From Styela clava (lineage: Eukaryota), in contig NC_135255.1 in assembly GCF_964204865.1 (NCBI RefSeq), forward strand, positions 12,586,001-12,650,000: 64,000 bases of DNA, read 5' to 3'. The notes beneath the pieces were generated by a model, which was not told the DNA's origin, made no database searches, and was given only the letters and a program-made list of their open reading frames with translations. Of this stretch, positions 52,201 to 63,303 are shown piece after piece. How positions within the stretch are numbered: the first letter of the stretch is position 1; each line of letters starts with the position of its first letter. Position numbers and translations under genes: made by a program.

Positions 52201-55200
52201 TGATTAATCGGTTAACCGATTTTAGATGGTTAAGGGTTACAATTTATTTTTACCGTTAAATGACATCTCAGGCATAAATCATCTTCATTCTGTACAATTT
52301 CTTCGAAAATGACTAGCATTGTCAGGAAAGAGTCAAAAACGCTTTGAATTGATAATATTTCCGGTCGTGTTGTAACACTCTCTGATGGTACACTCGTATC
52401 ACAGCATACGAAACTGATAGAGCAAGAAGCTCCTGATCGCAGTTGGTGCTGTTTTCTTTATGACATCTCAAAAAGCAAGTCACACATCGAACACGGAAGG
52501 TTTTGTCACATAAATGACATTCAATAACGGAATCGGTTTTACTGAAATACTTCCATATAAGTACGCTGCATATCTTTTGCAGTAGAGCAATCGTGAAACT
52601 ATCTTGATCTGTAAACAATTTCGAGCGATATCGGGATAAGATTACGAGAAATTGTTTTGGAACGTAACGAGCTTGAATTATATCTTATTACGTCAAGCGT
52701 CGGTCACTCGGGTGAACGGTTCAATTCATCCGGGTAAAATGCTTCCCCCGAAATTTCCAGATCCAGTATGATTATATGTATATACTACGTTCTTGAACAC
52801 CACATAAAACTGCAGTTTAGACTTCCACTTTGTAGAATTTAACCAATCAACTCGAGATTCTACTAAAAAAACGTTAAAAAACGCCTAACACCGATTCTAA
52901 AACCTTGATATGAAAAGCATTGCATTTCTTAATCTTCTCATTTTCACCAGGTTATAATTTAATAACTTGCCTCTTATTATTGCTCGGAGTTATTTGGATC
53001 TTAATTTGCAAGCATTCAATTACAGAGTTCAAATGAAAGAAACGGTTAAGCTGCAGCTGAATGAGAATCTTACGCTGGTTGTACCAGGAGCGCCATCAGG
53101 AGGACCCGTGCTCGCCTATTTACTTGGCATTCTAAAAGGTAATAATATAAAACCCAATTCGGGTTTCGCACGTGCGGTATTGAAAAGTTACGCTGTTGAA
53201 AATCGTCACAAATGATTGCGACGACAAATGATTGTGATGGAATCGGCTGACAAACTTTGAATGCCACCACTGAATGCCATTCTCAGTCAATCACCGACCT
53301 CAAATTCTTGTATAAATAAAACACAATCCGTCAATTTGCGTATAAATTCAACAAAAATATATAACTAATCAAGGCGTATAAAATAACAAGTATTGAAAAA
53401 TAGCACAACCAAATTAGGTACTTATACTTATGATGTTGAAATAATACTAATCTATAATTCGGAAATTCGCACGCCATCTGAGTGGTAAGAGTATCCGTAA
53501 TAAAAACAAACAAAATACGTTTACAGGCTATCAATTTAACGATGATGATTTGCGTGAAAACAAAATTTTGACATATCACCGAATTATTGAGGCGATGAAA
53601 TTTGCATATTGTAAAAAAAGAAGGCTCGGAGATACAGATTTCTATCCACATAATATTAAGAAGGTAACATTTTTTTTATTAAGGCTATGACTAAAAATCT
53701 ACTCGTTTCCCCCGTATGTTCCTGTACAATAGACAAATTATTTAACCCAATAAATGCCTCCAAAAAATTTCAGCTGAGGATAGGATTCGCGTCATTGATT
53801 GAACTCTGAGGCTTTTCTGATTTTTATGATTATTATAGTTTTACTTGATTCAGATCGTCGATGAAATGCTTACTGAAGAGTATTGCGAAGAAATAAGAAT
53901 GAAAATTGACGATTTCGAAACTCATTCACAAGAATATTACGAAGAAATCCTTCCACTTCCGGAAGAATGTGGGACGGGGCATTTGGGAATTGTCGGTCCA
54001 GATGGAAGTGCAATTGCTATGACCAGCACAATAAATAGAGCGTGTTTAGTTTGTTTAGAATTAAACATAAATTTGATTTCAAAGCATCAGACAATAATTA
54101 ATTGAACTCAATGTAAGCACTGAATAAAATATCGAGATCGACAACTTCTGAGATGCTGAGAACTAAATTAAAATTAATTTGCTAATCCAAATCATATCAC
54201 AGCTTTTTATCATAAATTTTTGATAAGCTATGATATTGCTACCCCAGATATACGACGTTATCTAATTTTGATATCGCCTACAAAATATTATGAGTATGTT
54301 GTGACAATGTTTACTATAACAGCACCAGCAGAATGAATCCGGTGCCCACGAGAATGCTTCTTCTTCATTTTGACATCAATGAATCAACGAATTCAAACAA
54401 TACAACATTGAGTAATTTGTCCATGATTCCTTCAAGATTATATTTCTTTTGGGTTCGTAAAATACATTAGTGGTCTAAGAAAAAAAAAAATCCGATAAAA
54501 ATGAATTGATATAACAAGTATGGAATTCTCATGTTTAAACTCCAATTTTCAGGTTTGGCAGCCACGTTTATGGCGAACGAACTGGCATCATATTCAATGA
54601 CCAGATTGTGGCATTTGTGAATGGTTTGTAAAAAAGTTGACTACTTGTTTGTTGTTACAAATGATAAAACGTATCTAGTTGAACAGTAGACATACTTTAT
54701 TATACAGACGGTCTTGCGGATGCCGATAAATCATATAACAGGATCCAACCCGGCAAAAGATCATTGACTTACATTGCTCCAGCTATTATACTCAATCGAA
54801 ATATAAAAGATACGTCCGTGAAAATGGTATTTGGCGGTTCTGGAGGCACATTTCTCCTAAGTTCGGTTGCTTGGGTAAGTCGACAACAAAATGTTCATAT
54901 TAGGTTACAAGGGGTGCAATATACCCATCTTGTGACAACACAATAAATAAAAATCATGATGTTTCATTGTACGAAATTTCCAAGGTGGTGCTAAGTATCA
55001 AAATGAGAATATCCACGACATTCATATCAACATATATATGATATGATAACACAATTCGTCAAATAATTGCTTCTTAAAAATAAGTATTCGTCCTTTTATA
55101 AAAATTGATTTGTTTGTATGTCGTAGGTAAAGCGGAAACTGTTTTACACAAAACAGTGAAGAGGTGCTACTAATAAAATATGGAACCTCCAGAAGTATGC

Positions 55201-55931
55201 GCACCAAGATGGCGCACAACCTGAACATAGTATGTGTGTACCGGTTAGGATTCAGGTTGTGAAACATCTTGGTGCGCATACTTTTGGAGTACCAAAATAT
55301 GTTCCTATGCACGCTATTCAAAAATTGGATCTTTCGAGTAGGAAACGAGAAATGTAGTTAACATTTTTATCAAGTTACAAGAGTACAACCTACATTACGT
55401 CAAAGCTAAATTTCATTCATATCATTTATTTCTCAGTCAATCATGCAACATTTGTGGTTCAACAAAAGCATTGACGAGGCGATTAGATCAAAAAGGCCAA
55501 CACATCCCGGCAGGGAAGCAAATATATTGTATTTAGAAGAGAATATGGACGAGGTGCGTCATAGCAATTTTTCATTGTTATTTTTTTATCGGTAATTATT
55601 TCAAAATAGGTTTAATTAAGAATTACTGGAGTATAAGCTTTAAAAAATCAAATAACCGCAACATAAATTATGCTATTTTTGCTTGTAGTATATCAGGAAT
55701 TTGTTACAAAATCTGATAATATTATCCAATTAGGCCGATGGACGCAAATGACTAGACGTATTCGGAATTATTTTTAAACAGGAAGTAGTTCAAGGACTCA
55801 AAGAACGTGGCCATGATGTAGAAATGTTAAGTGGATACAAATCTAACGTTCATGCTATTGTGAGATTGGATAACAATAAACTGGCTGCTAAAGTCGACGA
55901 TAGAAGAGGGGGATCTCCAGACGGATATTAG
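49260..55931 (+). CDS. Divergent gamma-glutamyltranspeptidase-family (Ntn-hydrolase) protein, ~13 coding exons
   Basis: Exons from 50363: ILAEGGSVVDAAIASML, SAGIGGG, IGIPGEILGFWEAHRMFGKLPWSRVFEPAI, GAPSGGP, YHRIIEAMKFAY..RRLGD, CGTGHL...MTSTIN, FGS...TGIIFND, IQPGKRS, GGSGG, DDRRGGSPDGY* (TAG 55929-55931). The first two exons (49260-49284, 50214-50304) are phase-consistent but lower confidence. Confidence 0.9.
51936..52093. mobile_element. hAT MITE in a GGT intron
   Basis: CAGGGTGTGCAAC...GTTGCACATCCCTG termini; exact 8-bp TSD CTTTACAT; GGCCCGCGGGCC palindrome. Confidence 0.88.
52189..52760 (-). mobile_element. hAT remnant with BED zinc-finger fragment in a GGT intron
   Basis: TAGGGCTGGG terminus at 52189; minus-strand IWKYFSKTDSVIECHLCDKTF (BED finger W-x-x-F...CxxC); far end approximate. 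Confidence 0.65.
55183..55293. mobile_element. Miniature Merlin-like foldback MITE
   Basis: TIR CTCCAGAAGTATGCGCACCAAGATG related to family A; 8-bp TSD AAAATATG on both sides. Confidence 0.8.
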
Positions 55932-56141
55932 TTGTTAAAAAAAAAGGATCATTGTGTATCTCACGTATAGCTTATGAGCGAGATGAGATTGAAATATGAT
56001 TGTATCTTGTATCTATTTACATTTTCTTATCGAAAAGTTTCATTGAAGCATTTGTAATTATTGGGAACTGTGAAGTAATCGAAAATTTTCATTCGGCGCG
56101 CTCATCAACTCCCTGTCGGCCGCATTAAATACAAATAAATG

Positions 56142-56348
56142 GGGGCTTCCGAATGTAATATGTGTACTAGGTTAGGGTTATGCCATAATTTTAGGTATAA
56201 ATACTACGGGAGGATCTTGGCTAGTCTTCGAACTGATAATAGGACTAAAATAAGGAAAATTGGAAAAAAAATTATCGCCTAACCCTAACCTGTTACCCAT
56301 GTTACGTTCCGATGTCCGCCATCTTGGTTCGCATACTTCGGGAGCACC
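56142..56348. mobile_element. Merlin-like MITE, family A copy 3 (left TIR internally deleted)
   Basis: Same body as 10552-10788; exact TSD AATAAATG (56134-56141 and 56349-56356). Confidence 0.85.
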
Positions 56349-56448
56349 AATAAATGCAATATGGCAGCCAATAGCAAAAAGATTGTGCACCCCTGGTCTA
56401 TAATTTATCTATGTCATTTGTGATCCCCTATTTAATGATGCCTCATAA

Positions 56449-57824
56449 CAGGGCTTCCCAAACTTTTGAGCTCGCGGCCCCTTTTAATATATTAACATTT
56501 TTCGCGGCGCTTGTTCACGTTAATAATGTTAAACAGTTCGAAATGTGCATTTTCGCTATTTTATTGACACAGCTGCCGTAATTCTCAACTCTTAGTAGGC
56601 CTACTCAATAACAAAAATAAGGACATATTTACTCAGATTAACGTTACTAAATGTGTAATGGGTGCGGCATGGTTCTTATCCGGAATTGTTACTCACTCTT
56701 ATTGATCAAAATCAAAATGTGCGACGCCAAATTATCAGGGAGAAAACTCGCGGCGCACCTACACGAAAAATATGCTGCCTCAAAATGAAACACAATTTGT
56801 CAGCATTAAGGTGTACTTTATGCTTTTTGAGGTTTATATTCATGCAGGCCAAAAAATAAAATCAAAAGGTTTAACTTTTATTTCTTATGTTCAATAATCT
56901 CGGTTCAGCAAATGAATAAACTGCAGCCTACAAAATTGCAGCATGTAGGGTTCATCTCTTCTGTTACGTAACAATAGACCCTACGTAACAGAAAGTGAAC
57001 AACATAGAACGGTAAATTGAATTTGATTTATATACAGATCATTTGCAATAATGGGAAACAATAAAACATTAAGAATAAATAAAATTGGTAAAATATTCAA
57101 TCATATATTAGTTAATATTCAACACAAAATTTCCTGATTCGTGAACCTTTCAACCAACCTATATCTTCTACTTTTACTGAAAAAAGTAACATTAAATCGA
57201 TCTCATATGTGATGGTGTTATAATAAAAAGTTTAATTATGAAAATAAAGAATATTTTTCCTTGGTTCAAAGAGCGTTGCGCACTCCCATCCCTTTTGCGA
57301 TTTTGTATTTATATAAAGCAGGCTTTTCTACCAGGGTCCATTAAATGTGATTTCACTGACTGTTGTTAGATTTTGTTTGTTCGTTTATAATAAACTCATT
57401 GCAAAAAGGTCTTTTATTGAAAAGTATCAATACGTATTTTCACGGGGAGCCGCAACTTTTTTGGAGGGCGCAACTTTTTTGGAGGTTAATAATCTTTATG
57501 TAGCAGTTTTTAAATAAAAACGTGCTATTTATAAGTAAAAGGAAATCGGTATCCATATTGGTATAATAAAAAATCTTGTTATTCTCTACATACCCCACAA
57601 ATAAGCCTTAGTGTTATTTTCGAATGAAAATTGAAGACACTGTCTTATTTTTGGGGAAACACGATATCGTGAAAATTTTTGTTTTATACCTTTTTTAATA
57701 ATTGAATTTCAAATTAATAGTCTGAAAAAGTACAACAAATATAGTACTTTGTGTGAAATTGGTGTTATCTTTGCGGCCCTCAAAATTCGTTTCCAGGGCC
57801 GCGGCCCCTAGTTTGGGAAGCCTG
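56449..57824. mobile_element. hAT (Charlie-like) non-autonomous element
   Basis: CAGGGCTTCCCAAAC ... GTTTGGGAAGCCTG TIRs; degenerate TSD CCTCATAA/CTTTATAA. Confidence 0.7.
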
Positions 57825-58690
57825 CTTTATAAAACCTTATCGACTCATGATGACGTCATAATAGTTCTTCAAAGTATATTATGACAGCATAAATAAATTC
57901 GCTCGTGAATACCAAAGCTAATCACCCAAACTGATTGAAGTATGTTGAATTAATTTAAAATTATAGTTCGAAACCGTATGACGCTCCTAGGCTTCGGTTG
58001 ACGTTGCCTAATGGTAAATACGGCACTCCAAATATATACATGTGGTACATTGGCACTAATGTGGAGCTGCATATATTGTAAGTAGGCTAATCCTTACACA
58101 GGGGTAATGAGCATTCGTGCTAGAATTTGTGCAAGAGTATATTATATTATATTATAGTATATTATTTTTATAGTTCAACAACATACTGTAATCGATGCCA
58201 ATTGATCTGCGAAGTTGCATAATTCAAGACAGGTTCTTACATAACTCAAGGATATGCATAATGTTTTCTTCCACATCACGGCAACTGTTCTGCCATTGCA
58301 CAACATACAAAAAGAGCTGATATGTTTCCTGCTGCATTTTATTGTGGCAAATTACCAGAACAATATTGCATAAAGCAATGTTCAAATTACAATCTCAATC
58401 ATACAACTACAATTCAAACTTTTTAGCAGAACTGTGAATCTCTGCGTAAACATTCGCTGTGCAGAAATCTCCATTTTCCAACGCCAGAGGAGTGACCTAG
58501 CATCAATTGAATCATCGCGCCCTGATTTCGCATCATAGTGTGGCGTACCAAAATTGATATCACCACTCAGGTTCTTTCTGCCAGCTTATCGGACACTGAA
58601 GTTGCAATAGATGTCGTTCACAAAATAATCTTCTTGCGGTTCCAATTACAGCAGAGTAACTAAGTTAACTAACTAGATTAATTATACACC

Positions 58691-59275
58691 TGTAAGAACT
58701 TAATACAACCAAATACTCCAATAAGAAATACAATAAACAAATAAAAACACAGTACAAATACCGTAGGTTACATACGTAACACAAGATACGGAATTGGTCT
58801 ATGACGTCACAGTCATGAACTATTTACTTATAATGGGATACTAAAAACCGAGTAAAACATACCTAGATATACATAAGAATAACTAGTATGACACTAAAGA
58901 TACAACACAAATCCTATCTTATCGACAAACACGTAATATACATGGAAATACGCATAGAAATCACACAGGAAATAAACTGCGAAAATAGACTAGTTACGGA
59001 AGTGTTAAATACAAGCTAACTAGTGAACAGAGCTATGCCAAACTGGAGAAATAGTAAACCTGTACTACTAATATCATTTTACAACAATAATTACACAAAT
59101 TAACGGCAATAAAACACTATAACAATAACCTAATACCCAGAGAAATATCTACACTGCCGGCAGTCTGACAAACCAGCTGAAAGAGAAAGTTACACAGCTG
59201 TTCACTAGTGACTCAAGTGGTAAGAATAAATATGGGCATACAGAATAAAACAGAGTTATAGACGTGGTCGTCTCA
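58691..59275 (-). repeat. 3' LTR of the gypsy element (preceded by PPT at 59292-59279)
   Basis: GAAAAAGGGGGGAG-TAA-TGAGAC start; putative end ...CTTACA at 58691. The end is inferred because the 5' LTR is not in the window. Confidence 0.65.
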
Positions 59276-59436
59276 TTACTCCCCCCTTTTTCAGATGGGA
59301 AATTACAACGAAATTTTCCATCTTCAAAATTGAAAAACCATAAAAATGTGAAGAAACTGCAAAGAACTGTACACTCAAATGAAATGTATATCTAAAATCA
59401 AAACAATCAATTGTTAAAAGCACTATCACAGTCAAA

Positions 59437-62400
59437 TCAAATGTAATCATCCAAATATCTAGGCCTTCGCCTAGTACGTTGGCCATTATCAGAGTTCGCA
59501 TCAACTGTAACTTCTTCTGGTACAGTGTCTGGCCTTGAAGAGAAAGGTAATTCATCAAAAATATCATGAGCAGCCTGCTCATTATTTTCCATAATAGGTT
59601 CCACATCAGGTAAAATGTCAAATCCGGTTAAGTCAATGTCGTTGTCTTCTTCATCTTCATGAAGGTAAGGTCTTAACTTGTCAACATGTACAACTCGAGA
59701 ACGTGTTCCCGAATTCTTCTGAATCCTATACAAGTGATTAGGTAAACAGTCCACAATTCGATAAGGTCCAATCCAAGGAATACTCAGCTTGCGATGCTTT
59801 GGTGGATAATAATACCACACCAATTCATCTCTCTGAAAAGTAAGTGGTTTAACACCCAGATCAAAATTTCGCTTTTGTCTGGTTGCAGCAGCATTTAGAT
59901 GTTGCCTAGCATGAAGAAAAGCTTTTTCAGTTGCACAGGAAAACCATTCGACAAATTCAGTGTAACAAGGATGAGTTGATGACTCAGGTTTGCCAAACAT
60001 AACATCAACAGGCATCTCGATTTCTCGTCCAAGCATTAACTTGTTCGGTGAATATCCTGTACTATCATGTACAGTGGAGCGATATGCCATACAAAGATAT
60101 GGGAGATGGTCGTCCCAATCATTTCGATTCTCATTTACAAAAGCTTTCAACATCTGCTGTATGGTCCTGTTGAAACGTTCAACTTGTCCATCTGAACGAG
60201 GATGATATGGAGTTGTTCGAGTCTTTTGAATCCCGTACAATTGACACATTTCTGAAAATAATTTTGATTCAAAGTCTCTTCCTTGATCTGAGTGGAGAAT
60301 TCTTGGTACCCCAAATCTCGAAAAGAATTGAGTAACCAATGCATCAGCAGTGGTGTCAGCTCGCTGATTTGGTAAAGCAAAACATTCTACCCATTTAGAG
60401 AAATAGTCCGACAAAACCAAAATGTGTTCATTTCCATTTTCAGTTACAGGCAATGGTCCAAGAAAATCAATGGCAATCCTTTCCATAGGAGCTCCAGATA
60501 TAAGTTGTTTCAAATCTCCCTGTCTTCTTCCGTAAAGCATCTTGGTCGAAGCACAAGACTTGCAAAATTTGCACCATTTGAGAATGTCCTTTTTGAAACC
60601 AGGCCAATAAAATCTGCGCCTTATACTCTTGAAAGTTCGATTGGCACCAAGATGACCTGCAGTGCGCAAAGAATGGAGCTTATGAAACAAGTCCTGCCTC
60701 AAATTTGATGGAACAATCAATTGGATATGCGATTCCTCCGATTTACAATCAGGAATCCAACGACGATAGAGAAGTCCATTATCTACAAAAATCAAGTCCC
60801 ACTGCGACATTAAACGTTTGGTCACTGTTGATTCAGGCATGTATTCTTGAATGTCAGGTTTCTGAGCAGTAAGTTGTTTCCATTTCAAAACAGCAGAAAT
60901 ATCTGGATCTTCACTTTGCCAAGATTTAATTTGCTCATCTGTGTAGGTATCTAGCCAATTACAATCGGAACAGTCTGACGATGATTGACCGGGCTGTTTT
61001 GATATTGCACTTACAGTAACATTACTCACAGCCACATCACCATTGGTACCACAATCAGAACAATCTTCTCGTTTGCATTTGCGAACTTGGCGTGACAATC
61101 CATCAGCATTGCCATGTTTCAGGCCAGGTCTGTGTTCAATCTTAAAGTCATAAGCGCCAAGTGTTAATATCCATCTTGCTAACATTCCTTGAGCTTCGCG
61201 AAAATTGATCAACCATTTCAGAGCAGCATGATCTGTGCGAATTCTGAACGGTCTCCCGAGAAGAAAATGACTGAAGTGACGAACAGCCCACACCACAGCT
61301 AATAGTTCCCGGTGTGTAGCACAGTATCTACGTTGAGACTTGGACATAGTCTTACTGGCATAAGAAAGTACACGTTCATTGTCGTCCTGAACTTGAGATA
61401 ACACTGCACCAATCCCAAAACCACTGGCATCAGTATCCAATACAAATTCGCCGATTGTCCTCGGAAAGCTAAGAATTGGGGCAGATGTCAGACAATGCTT
61501 CAAAGTTTCAAAAGCCTTTTGACATTCAGTACTCCATACAAAGGAAATATTCTTCCTGGTCAATCGAATAAGAGGTCCAGCAATTGTTGAATAATCTTGA
61601 ACAAACTTCCGGTAGTAGTTTGCTGTGCCTAGAAAACTACGAATATCGCTGACAGAATTTGGCGTTTTCCATTCTTTAATAGCCGCAACATTTCCAGGGT
61701 CGCAACAGACACCGTCAGATGAAATAAGATAACCAAGATAAGAGGTGCTTCGACGGAAAAGTTTACATTTCGAGGGCTTCAATCGTAAACCGGCACGGCG
61801 AAGTCTTATAAAAACTTCCCGAAGATTTGAGAGTGCCATTGAGAAATCACTACCATGAGCCAAAACATCATCAAGAAAATTGAAACACCCGTTCCACAGG
61901 AGATCACCAAGGATATTGTCCATCATCCGTTCGAATGTTGCGGGAGCATTCGCCAAACCGAACGGCATCACTACAAAGTGAAAATGACCACGGCCTGGGA
62001 TGCTGAATGCTGTCTTTTCACGGTCTGCAGGATCAACCTCCACTTGCCAATATCCGCTAGCGAGATCAAGAGTTGAGAACCATTGTGCTCCGTTTAAGGA
62101 CTCAATGATATCCTCAATACGCGGCAAGGGATATGCGTCCTTGTATGTGACGTCATTAAGTAATCTAAAATCCACGCAAAATCTGGTAGAACCATCCTTT
62201 TTGGGAACTAGGACAATGGGAGAAGAATATGGGGAATCGCTGGGTTCTATGACACCCTGAGCCAGCATATTATCAACAGCTTCTTCGGCCATCTTCCTAC
62301 GCGCCCACCCCATTCGACGAGGAGCCTGCCGAATCGGCTGTGGTGTGGTTGTGATGATCCTATGCTTTGCTGCTGAAGTACGGCCTAGTTCACCATCTGG

Positions 62401-63303
62401 CCCTACAAATACATCATGAAATTCACAAATCAAATTGACCAACTGTTCACGTTGACTCGGGGTTAGATCCTCAACGGAATTGACCATGTCATGTAGATGT
62501 TCTGGTAATTCAGAAGCTATAACCCGATTATCGGATTCGTCAACTTGAATTTGTGCTACAAGTTGAGGATGTGCAATACCAAGCAAAGATCCAGCCCTGA
62601 TCTTAAGTTGTCTGCCTTTTTGGTTCACCGCTAGAACAGGAACAGTGGACTTTCCTGGATCCACAACAGAAGAAATCAGCTGAATGCCATCAGCGAGGAA
62701 AGAAGAATTCAGCGGTTCAACAAGAGCAGCAACGTCAGACAAATTACTTTTCGGCCAAGGACGACTAAGTTGTGCAGGGATAACAACCTTAGAATATGGC
62801 GGTATAGTAATATCTTCTCGAACAGTTACACGACAACACGGTACAGACTTTTCAGTAAACAGTTTGATTTCATGACCCTCTATCATCATGTGTCCAGATG
62901 ATAAGTAAAGAACGCAATCATGTTCTCGGAGATAGTCCATGCCCAAAATACCATTAGACATACCTAGGTTGGCAACAACAACAGTGCGTCGCGATGCAAA
63001 AGAATCAATAGACAAATCAACTTTCAATGTACCCAGTGGTGATAAATCATGTCCTCCCACTGCTACAAGAGATTCTTCGAGCGGTGCTAAATGTGCTTCT
63101 TTCCCACCTATAGCCTCAAAGATGGAAATGTCGATCAGAGTAGTCATAGCACCACTATCTACAAGAAAATTGAACGGTTGATTGTTTACAAGTACCTTCG
63201 CATGCCAACTATTGTCATATTGCAAGGAACAAATATTCAGGTCTATATTCTGGTTCGTTGGTCCGTCATCAAGTAATAATTCAGCGGACACTGAGGACCT
63301 CAA
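59437..63303 (-). CDS. pol: Gypsy Pol polyprotein (protease, RT, RNase H, integrase), likely expressed as Gag-Pol by -1 frameshift
   Basis: FLVDSGA; LDLASGYWQ, MPFGLANAPATF, FLDD; DTDASGFGIGAVL; HHCC zinc finger, RIAIDF, HSDQG, GQVERFNRTI; WIGPYRI. The annotated start is TTG, not ATG. Confidence 0.96.
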   Translation of the reverse strand: MRSSVSAELLLDDGPTNQNIDLNICSLQYDNSWHAKVLVNNQPFNFLVDSGAMTTLIDISIFEAIGGKEAHLAPLEESLVAVGGHDLSPLGTLKVDLSIDSFASRRTVVVANLGMSNGILGMDYLREHDCVLYLSSGHMMIEGHEIKLFTEKSVPCCRVTVREDITIPPYSKVVIPAQLSRPWPKSNLSDVAALVEPLNSSFLADGIQLISSVVDPGKSTVPVLAVNQKGRQLKIRAGSLLGIAHPQLVAQIQVDESDNRVIASELPEHLHDMVNSVEDLTPSQREQLVNLICEFHDVFVGPDGELGRTSAAKHRIITTTPQPIRQAPRRMGWARRKMAEEAVDNMLAQGVIEPSDSPYSSPIVLVPKKDGSTRFCVDFRLLNDVTYKDAYPLPRIEDIIESLNGAQWFSTLDLASGYWQVEVDPADREKTAFSIPGRGHFHFVVMPFGLANAPATFERMMDNILGDLLWNGCFNFLDDVLAHGSDFSMALSNLREVFIRLRRAGLRLKPSKCKLFRRSTSYLGYLISSDGVCCDPGNVAAIKEWKTPNSVSDIRSFLGTANYYRKFVQDYSTIAGPLIRLTRKNISFVWSTECQKAFETLKHCLTSAPILSFPRTIGEFVLDTDASGFGIGAVLSQVQDDNERVLSYASKTMSKSQRRYCATHRELLAVVWAVRHFSHFLLGRPFRIRTDHAALKWLINFREAQGMLARWILTLGAYDFKIEHRPGLKHGNADGLSRQVRKCKREDCSDCGTNGDVAVSNVTVSAISKQPGQSSSDCSDCNWLDTYTDEQIKSWQSEDPDISAVLKWKQLTAQKPDIQEYMPESTVTKRLMSQWDLIFVDNGLLYRRWIPDCKSEESHIQLIVPSNLRQDLFHKLHSLRTAGHLGANRTFKSIRRRFYWPGFKKDILKWCKFCKSCASTKMLYGRRQGDLKQLISGAPMERIAIDFLGPLPVTENGNEHILVLSDYFSKWVECFALPNQRADTTADALVTQFFSRFGVPRILHSDQGRDFESKLFSEMCQLYGIQKTRTTPYHPRSDGQVERFNRTIQQMLKAFVNENRNDWDDHLPYLCMAYRSTVHDSTGYSPNKLMLGREIEMPVDVMFGKPESSTHPCYTEFVEWFSCATEKAFLHARQHLNAAATRQKRNFDLGVKPLTFQRDELVWYYYPPKHRKLSIPWIGPYRIVDCLPNHLYRIQKNSGTRSRVVHVDKLRPYLHEDEEDNDIDLTGFDILPDVEPIMENNEQAAHDIFDELPFSSRPDTVPEEVTVDANSDNGQRTRRRPRYLDDYI

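Noticed and set aside
58190-58660. env-like ORF or host exon next to the gypsy LTR
   Set aside because: Outside the inferred LTR, interrupted by stops, and with no recognisable motifs.
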